A program made the translations under genes and the position numbers. 64,000 nt of DNA from an uncultured Rhodothermales bacterium (GTDB lineage Bacteria > Bacteroidota > Rhodothermia > Rhodothermales > UBA10348), in NCBI GenBank assembly GCA_964383365.1, contig CAYLHF010000006.1, positions 3,568-67,567 on the forward strand, in the 5' to 3' direction. The notes under the pieces are model-generated. The model was given only the letters and a program-made list of their open reading frames with translations. It was not told the DNA's origin and did no database searches. Below, one piece after another: positions 59,227 through 64,000 of the stretch (positions are counted from its first letter, which is position 1; every line of letters starts with the position of its first letter).

Positions 59227-59687
59227 CACTCCATATCTATAGAAAGTTCGCGGGGCACCTGTTCGCAGAGAGCTCGGATGGCTCTGCCCAGATCCATTCG
59301 AATACGATTCTCCTGTCTGGGTTCGCCTCGAAAGACGATCATCTGATTCAGCACACTCGACGTCCCGGCAAACAGGGAGTTGATCGCATGCTGCTGATGA
59401 CGATACTCCTCGCGCAGGATTCTCTTTACTCTATTTCGGGTAGTCGCGCCTCCCGCGGATCGTCCTACGGCGAAGCCGGTGAGTACCGGGCGCCGAGAAT
59501 GGATCGGCTCTGCCTGCTCAACCGAAAACAGGATTCGAATGGATCCGAAGGTAACAGAACGGGACGGCACGGATCTACCGGAAAAAAGCTGCTGAATCGA
59601 CTTACGTCGCTTCAGTCGCGCAGTACGCGGAAACGAGAATGAGTGTATTGATTGACTCAGATCAGGATGTGCGGCGGAAGTGTCCAC
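59226..59687 (-). CDS. rnpA: Ribonuclease P protein component
   Basis: 153 aa. Contains FPRTARLKRRKSIQQLF; directly downstream of rpmH. Confidence 0.88.
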   Translation of the reverse strand: MDTSAAHPDLSQSIHSFSFPRTARLKRRKSIQQLFSGRSVPSRSVTFGSIRILFSVEQAEPIHSRRPVLTGFAVGRSAGGATTRNRVKRILREEYRHQQHAINSLFAGTSSVLNQMIVFRGEPRQENRIRMDLGRAIRALCEQVPRELSIDME

Positions 59688-59693
59688 ACCGAA

Positions 59694-59849
59694 CTACTTT
59701 CCTGGGCGAGTATCGCTAACCGTAAGATTCTTGCGCCCTTTAGAACGCCGGCGTGCGAGTAAACGTCGTCCGTTCTTTGTCGCCATGCGTGAGCGAAAGC
59801 CGTGTTTGTTTGCGCGCTTGCGACGACTCGGCTGGTACGTACGTTTCAT
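59694..59849 (-). CDS. rpmH: 50S ribosomal protein L34 (too short for the ORF track)
   Basis: Manual translation gives [51 protein letters not shown] (51 aa). Coordinates were cross-checked against the frame of the track ORF 59680-59904. Confidence 0.95.
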   Translation of the reverse strand: MKRTYQPSRRKRANKHGFRSRMATKNGRRLLARRRSKGRKNLTVSDTRPGK

Positions 59850-59976
59850 GGGATTCTATATTCTACTGGTTCTCTTTCATCAAAGTCTACGTTTTTGGGC
59901 CTAAAACGGGGATTGGTCCAAAAATTTGACAGGCCGGATAAGATACGGATCTCGTACTAATTGTCAACGATCAAGG

Positions 59977-60005
59977 TTGACATTCATCGAAAACCAGAGT
60001 AATAT
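59977..60005 (+). promoter_or_regulatory. Sigma-70-type promoter for the tRNA pair
   Basis: TTGACA (59977-59982), a 17-nt spacer, then TAATAT (60000-60005), about 12 nt upstream of tRNA-Gly. An inverted copy, TGTCAAC at 59962-59968, forms a short inverted repeat with the -35 box. Confidence 0.6.
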
Positions 60006-60017
60006 CGGCGCCTGCAA

Positions 60018-60092
60018 GCGGGAATAGCTCAGCGGTAGAGCATCAGCTTCCCAAGCTGAGGGTCGCGGGTTCAATCCCCGTTTCCCGCTCCA
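60018..60092 (+). tRNA. tRNA-Gly (anticodon CCC), CCA encoded
   Basis: Cloverleaf folded by hand: acceptor GCGGGAA/TTCCCGC, D-arm GCTC-AGCGGTA-GAGC, anticodon arm TCAGC-TTCCCAA-GCTGA, T-arm GCGGG-TTCAATC-CCCGT. Confidence 0.9.
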
Positions 60093-60157
60093 ACCTGTCC
60101 GGGTTGTCACGGACTCGATTCCACCGGCCTGGACCGCATCGTTGAGATTTTTCTTCC

Positions 60158-60231
60158 GGGCGATTAGCTCAGCTGGTTAGAGCACCTGCCTTACAAGCAG
60201 GGGGTCACTGGTTCGAATCCAGTATCGCCCA
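60158..60231 (+). tRNA. tRNA-Val (anticodon TAC)
   Basis: Acceptor GGGCGAT/ATCGCCC, D-arm GCTC-AGCTGGTTA-GAGC, anticodon arm CCTGC-CTTACAA-GCAGG, T-arm ACTGG-TTCGAAT-CCAGT. No encoded CCA. Confidence 0.9.
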
Positions 60232-60232
60232 C

Positions 60233-60272
60233 ATAGAGCTTCCTGGTCGCTTTTGCCGCCGGGGAGCTCTAT
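60233..60272 (+). terminator. Hairpin after tRNA-Val
   Basis: ATAGAGCTTCC ... GGGGAGCTCTAT (about 11 bp including one G-U pair, 18-nt loop) followed by TGGTTTAT. Confidence 0.45.
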
Positions 60273-60364
60273 TGGTTTATGGATACTTCGAACCACTTGG
60301 TTCACTCACCACCTGTCGATCTACGGCTCCACATGCGAAGAGCTGTGGTCTATCCTTCGAATAT

Positions 60365-60727
60365 ATGTTAGAAAAAGCCTCTGGCTCACGGGCATCGGAG
60401 ACCCGGGGAGTTGAATCAATCCAATACCGACCAGCGGTGCTTCAGAGTCTCGTGTCCGGTGGCGTATGGCTCGTCACAGCGATCATACTGGCATGGCTCG
60501 GCAAGATTCTCGGACCAGAAGATACGGCTGCCATGGAGGGGTTCACGCTGCTTCTATTTACCGTGGTCCCTATCCGTCTGTTTTGCTGGACGGCTGCCCT
60601 TATTCTGGCGGGCATGAGTGGGTACTTGCTACGTCGAGGGCTTGGCGGATCAGACACCACGGAGCACATCTCAAGTTTTCTTTTTCTTCGTTCGATCTCG
60701 GCGCAACGTGCGAAAGTGTACGGGTAG
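60365..60727 (+). CDS. Hypothetical small membrane protein (about 3 TM)
   Basis: The track ORF 60272-60727 overlaps the terminator hairpin, so the ATG at 60365 (MLEKASGS...) is more plausible. Hydrophobic helices GGVWLVTAIILAWLG, FTLLLFTVVPIRLF and TAALILAGMSGYLL. An antisense ORF of similar size exists, so coding status is uncertain. Confidence 0.35.
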   Translation: MLEKASGSRASETRGVESIQYRPAVLQSLVSGGVWLVTAIILAWLGKILGPEDTAAMEGFTLLLFTVVPIRLFCWTAALILAGMSGYLLRRGLGGSDTTEHISSFLFLRSISAQRAKVYG

Positions 60728-60819
60728 AACTTGAACAACGGTTGGGTCGTCGAAATCCTTCGCCCGGCGAGGTTTGACGCGGACGTCAGGGGCGAGCAGG
60801 TCTGCTCAGTCTGAAACGA

Positions 60820-61905
60820 TTACTTTTTCGGAGTATAGAGAGAGGTTCCCTCAAAGATCTCCAGTCCGTCCGTCGTCCTCACCGACATTTTTGGGAGTCC
60901 CCTGATCCCCATCCATGCCGATCCGTACTCCCCGGCTTTGTTGATCGCGACGAATTTTTCGGCAGGGACAAAATTCGGGTTGACGTGCCGATAGTTATCG
61001 ATAATCAGTTCGATCGCGTCCTCGCAGGCTTCCTGGGGGGAGCGGCCGGCGCGCATTCGCATGACAATGTAGTAGGAGGCACAGGACTTGATTACGTCCT
61101 CGCCGCGCCCCGTGGCGCCGGCCGCTCCCACTTGATTGTCGACATACAGACCCGCTCCAATAATGGGGGAATCTCCTATTCGCCCGGGTATTTTCCAGCT
61201 CAACCCACTCGTCGTCGTGATCCCTGCTATATCTCCGTTACGGTCTACCGCAAGTACGTTCGTGGTTCCATAGTGGAATTCATCTGGTCCCGGAAGCGCC
61301 ATACCCGATGCGTCGGGCAAACCCACCAGATGCTCGGGTGTCCCCCAATCATCGGTGTCACTGTGCCGTTCACGCCACCGAACCCAGATCTTGCGTGCTT
61401 TCTCTGTGAGCAGGTTTTCCTCTTTGAACCCGAATGATTTCGCGAATTCAAGGGCGCCAGGGCCAACTAACATGACATGGTCGGTGTGTTCCATCACCAT
61501 GCGAGCGACGGACGACGGATGCATTATGTTTTCCAGCGAGGCTACAGATCCTGCACCGTATGTCCGTCCGTCCATAACGCAGGAATCCAGCTGAACTACG
61601 CCATCCTGATTAGGGAGTCCTCCGTATCCAACGCTCGTGTCTTCAGGGTCTACCTCGATGACGTTGGCCCCTTTTTCAACTGCGTCCAGGGCCGAGCCAC
61701 CCGTACCCAAAATTGACCACGCCTCGTTTACGGCATTCTGGCCCGTCTGATTGTTGTGGCTCGTAATGATGATCGGGTTCGAACCACGCCCGGACGGCAC
61801 ATTCCCGGACCAACCTCCGATGAACAGAGCTCCAGCACTCAGACCGGCACTCTTACGAAAAAAATCTCTACGGTTGAGTTGGTTTTTTTCTCGAGAGCGG
61901 CTCAT
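60820..61905 (-). CDS. Tat-exported Ntn-hydrolase, glycosylasparaginase / isoaspartyl peptidase family
   Basis: 361 aa. Twin-arginine signal NRRDFFRKSAGLSAGALF. Family motifs GAGSVASLENI, autoprocessing-site-like HYGTTNVLAVD and GRIGDSPIIGAGLYVD. Confidence 0.85.
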   Translation of the reverse strand: MSRSREKNQLNRRDFFRKSAGLSAGALFIGGWSGNVPSGRGSNPIIITSHNNQTGQNAVNEAWSILGTGGSALDAVEKGANVIEVDPEDTSVGYGGLPNQDGVVQLDSCVMDGRTYGAGSVASLENIMHPSSVARMVMEHTDHVMLVGPGALEFAKSFGFKEENLLTEKARKIWVRWRERHSDTDDWGTPEHLVGLPDASGMALPGPDEFHYGTTNVLAVDRNGDIAGITTTSGLSWKIPGRIGDSPIIGAGLYVDNQVGAAGATGRGEDVIKSCASYYIVMRMRAGRSPQEACEDAIELIIDNYRHVNPNFVPAEKFVAINKAGEYGSAWMGIRGLPKMSVRTTDGLEIFEGTSLYTPKK

Positions 61906-62032
61906 GTCAAAACCTCTTATCAGGACTGCGATGGGAGTTGTGGGAGCAGCCTAATTATTCACTACCACATCCATTGTCAAGAGAAAACGTGTAGCGTAGT
62001 CCCGCCCCATGCAGGAAAAAGATTCGTGTCCG

Positions 62033-64000
62033 TCAGGCCGACTCACCATTGAGACCGCTCGATGTCGATGATCGAGCAACCGGTTTCCGTATCGCTGCTC
62101 TCCGTTCGATACGTTTTTTTTCGTCGTATCTGAGTCGATCGAATAGTCGCCGTAGATACGATGTGACTCCTTCCGGATCGTTCTCGATTCCATCAAATTC
62201 GGATTTTAAATATTCCTCCTCAAATTCTCCCAGCGCCTCCGAGGACACCGCGATGAAGGCTACGTCGTTGTAGTCTGGAATCTCGCGAATAGCCTTAATA
62301 TCCGTTGTTTCCTGTACCGGATCCATACCGTCGGTATCGACGATCAATAAGTCAAAACGCTTCTTCTGGGCCTCCTTGAGTGCCTGGCCCAGATCCGGTG
62401 CCGTGCGTATTTCTATTACATTCCCCAGCAGTTCCCACTCGGTACCTTCCTCCGCCCCATTGGACGAAATGACCAGAACACTCCCGATCCCGTCGATCAT
62501 CCCGAGTTCTTCGTCCACATTTCCTGACAACGGAAACGCGACGCGAAACGTCGTGCCCTTCCCTTTCTGACTGTCCACGTCAATGGTACCGTTCATCTTT
62601 TCCACCAGGCGGCGAGTAATTGCCAGCCCGAGCCCCGATCCCTCGTGGCCCCGATCGCTCCCCATTTCCTCCTGACGGAATTCGTCAAACAACTTCGGAA
62701 CGAACTCCTCGGAAATGCCGACACCCGTGTCGGTGACGGAAACCATTCCATACAGATCGGTCTCCTCAAGCACGACGTTGATGGACCCAAATTCGGTAAA
62801 TTTTATTGCGTTGCCGACCAGATTGGTCACAATTCGTTCGAACCGGGCTTCGTCGAGGGGGCAAACGATCTCCTCTATGGACGATCGAACGGTTAGCGTC
62901 AGGTTTTTCTGGAGAGCGAGCGGCTGCAACAGTCTGGCGGTATCCCGGACAGACGAAACAATCTCGGTCGGCGCCATTCGAATAGGAACTTGATCGGCCT
63001 CGAGTTTGGCGAAATCCAGTACAGAGTTGATCGTCGTAAGAAGCCGGTTTGCGCTCTGTTGAATCAGGACAGAGAATTCCTTCATCTCACCGGTCAATTC
63101 TTCCTGCAATACCTGGGCGAAGCCGATAATTCCACTCAGTGGAGTGCGAATTTCGTGACTCATGTTCGTCAAAAACGCGGACTTCAATCGTGCCATCTCT
63201 TCCGCCCGATCCCTTTCCCGGATGAGTTCTGATTCGTGACGGTCGCGTTCTTCTGAATGCTGATTCTGTGAGATAGCGATAGACAGAAGGTCTGCAACAT
63301 CTCGGATAATCTGAATCTCCTCATTATCGAATGCTTCTTTCCGGGACGAGCCGATATGGAGCGATCCCACCATTTGATCGGCACTGAACAGGGTCGCACG
63401 ATAGTAACAGTTTACTCCCTCTTCGATGAGTTCCTGGCCGAGTTCGCCCGGGTGTTCTACTGCGGATAAATCGGGGACGTATTCGGATTCAACCTGTCCC
63501 ACGCCGCTGGTTCTAAAAAACGAAAGAGGTTTTCTCGTGCCGGTTCCCAGTTCCGTTTCTCCGTCGGTTCGGGCCGCCAAGATGTGTCCATCTCCCCGCC
63601 ATTCGTCAATTTCAACCACACTTCCCCGGTCAAACGGAACGATACGATGCAATTTGTCGAGCGCCAGTGCTACGATTTTCGTCAATTCCCTGCCCTCGAG
63701 AATCGATCTCCCGATATGATTCAATATCAACAGCCGTTCAGAACTGAGCCGGGCTTCATTTTTCGCTTTCGTTTTTTCTGCTACCTCTCGCTCCAGATCC
63801 GTCTTCTGAATCTGCAGATCATCATTTAATTGTTCTAAATCCGAAAATGCCGATTCCATTGCATTTTCGAGGAGAAAGCGATATCGCTCTTCTCGTTCTC
63901 TTAATTCTTTCTCGACATTCGCGTGGCCGTCTACGCGTTCCTGCAGCTCGTCTCTGCTCCTCTCCAATGCATGCCTGTTTGCCTGCACCCGTTCACTCCA
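62033..64000 (-). CDS. Sensor histidine kinase (coiled-coil/GAF-like sensor, HisKA, HATPase_c, C-terminal receiver-like domain); the 5' end probably lies beyond the window
   Basis: H-box FLTNMSHEIRTPLSGIIGF, N box NLVGNAIKFT, G boxes VTDTGVGI and GSGLGLAI. The reading frame stays open to the right edge. Confidence 0.88.
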   Translation of the reverse strand, partial: WSERVQANRHALERSRDELQERVDGHANVEKELREREERYRFLLENAMESAFSDLEQLNDDLQIQKTDLEREVAEKTKAKNEARLSSERLLILNHIGRSILEGRELTKIVALALDKLHRIVPFDRGSVVEIDEWRGDGHILAARTDGETELGTGTRKPLSFFRTSGVGQVESEYVPDLSAVEHPGELGQELIEEGVNCYYRATLFSADQMVGSLHIGSSRKEAFDNEEIQIIRDVADLLSIAISQNQHSEERDRHESELIRERDRAEEMARLKSAFLTNMSHEIRTPLSGIIGFAQVLQEELTGEMKEFSVLIQQSANRLLTTINSVLDFAKLEADQVPIRMAPTEIVSSVRDTARLLQPLALQKNLTLTVRSSIEEIVCPLDEARFERIVTNLVGNAIKFTEFGSINVVLEETDLYGMVSVTDTGVGISEEFVPKLFDEFRQEEMGSDRGHEGSGLGLAITRRLVEKMNGTIDVDSQKGKGTTFRVAFPLSGNVDEELGMIDGIGSVLVISSNGAEEGTEWELLGNVIEIRTAPDLGQALKEAQKKRFDLLIVDTDGMDPVQETTDIKAIREIPDYNDVAFIAVSSEALGEFEEEYLKSEFDGIENDPEGVTSYLRRLFDRLRYDEKKRIERRAAIRKPVARSSTSSGLNGESA

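Noticed and set aside
60442-60738. A 98-aa minus-strand ORF overlapping the hypothetical membrane-protein ORF at 60365-60727.
   Set aside because: Neither ORF has recognisable motifs. The plus-strand ORF shows clearer TM-helix periodicity and follows the tRNA terminator, so it is listed with low confidence. The antisense ORF is not supported.

Overview
This window is a chromosomal, origin-proximal housekeeping region of a bacterium that looks like the FCB group (Bacteroidota/Rhodothermota/Balneolota-like). That placement is inferred from gene order and protein families only.

Layout, left to right:
- 1-1286: a partial exported glycoside-hydrolase-like gene that is missing from the supplied ORF track.
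- 1.5-16.9 kb, minus strand: a complete dcw cell-division and cell-wall cluster, mraZ-rsmH-ftsL-ftsI-murE-mraY-murD-ftsW-murG-murC-ftsQ-ftsA-ftsZ. It has no murF and no ddl.
- ~17 kb: a divergent LexA-family gene with an apparently degenerate S24 peptidase site.
- 17.8-33 kb: pyrG, a GT2-GT4-methyltransferase operon, gyrB, a CBS protein, hflX, two membrane proteins (one BatA-like), and uvrA.
- 33.4-44.6 kb: an accessory-looking island. It holds three GT4 glycosyltransferases, a flippase-like UPF0104 protein, a DUF3047-like periplasmic protein, an MMPL/HpnN-like RND exporter, a six-bladed Asp-box propeller protein, a coupled pair of membrane proteins, and a MaoC dehydratase.
- 44.6-59.8 kb: an M48 peptidase, recF, murQ, mfd, a WYL regulator, then rsmG-mnmG-mnmE-yidC-rnpA-rpmH.
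- 60-64 kb: tRNA-Gly(CCC) and tRNA-Val(UAC), a small membrane protein, a Tat-exported glycosylasparaginase-like Ntn hydrolase, and a 5'-truncated hybrid-type histidine kinase.

Most notable signals:
- Two perfect consensus parS sites (TGTTTCACGTGAAACA), one of them embedded in the last codons of mnmG.
- MraZ-box repeats and a long palindrome in the mraZ/lexA-like divergent region.
- The candidate glycolipid synthesis and export island.

I saw no CRISPR array, rRNA, transposase, integrase or prophage signal.

Functional calls rest on motifs I recognise in the translations. No database search was possible. Coordinates that I derived by hand (sites, hairpins, refined starts) may be off by 1-2 nt.
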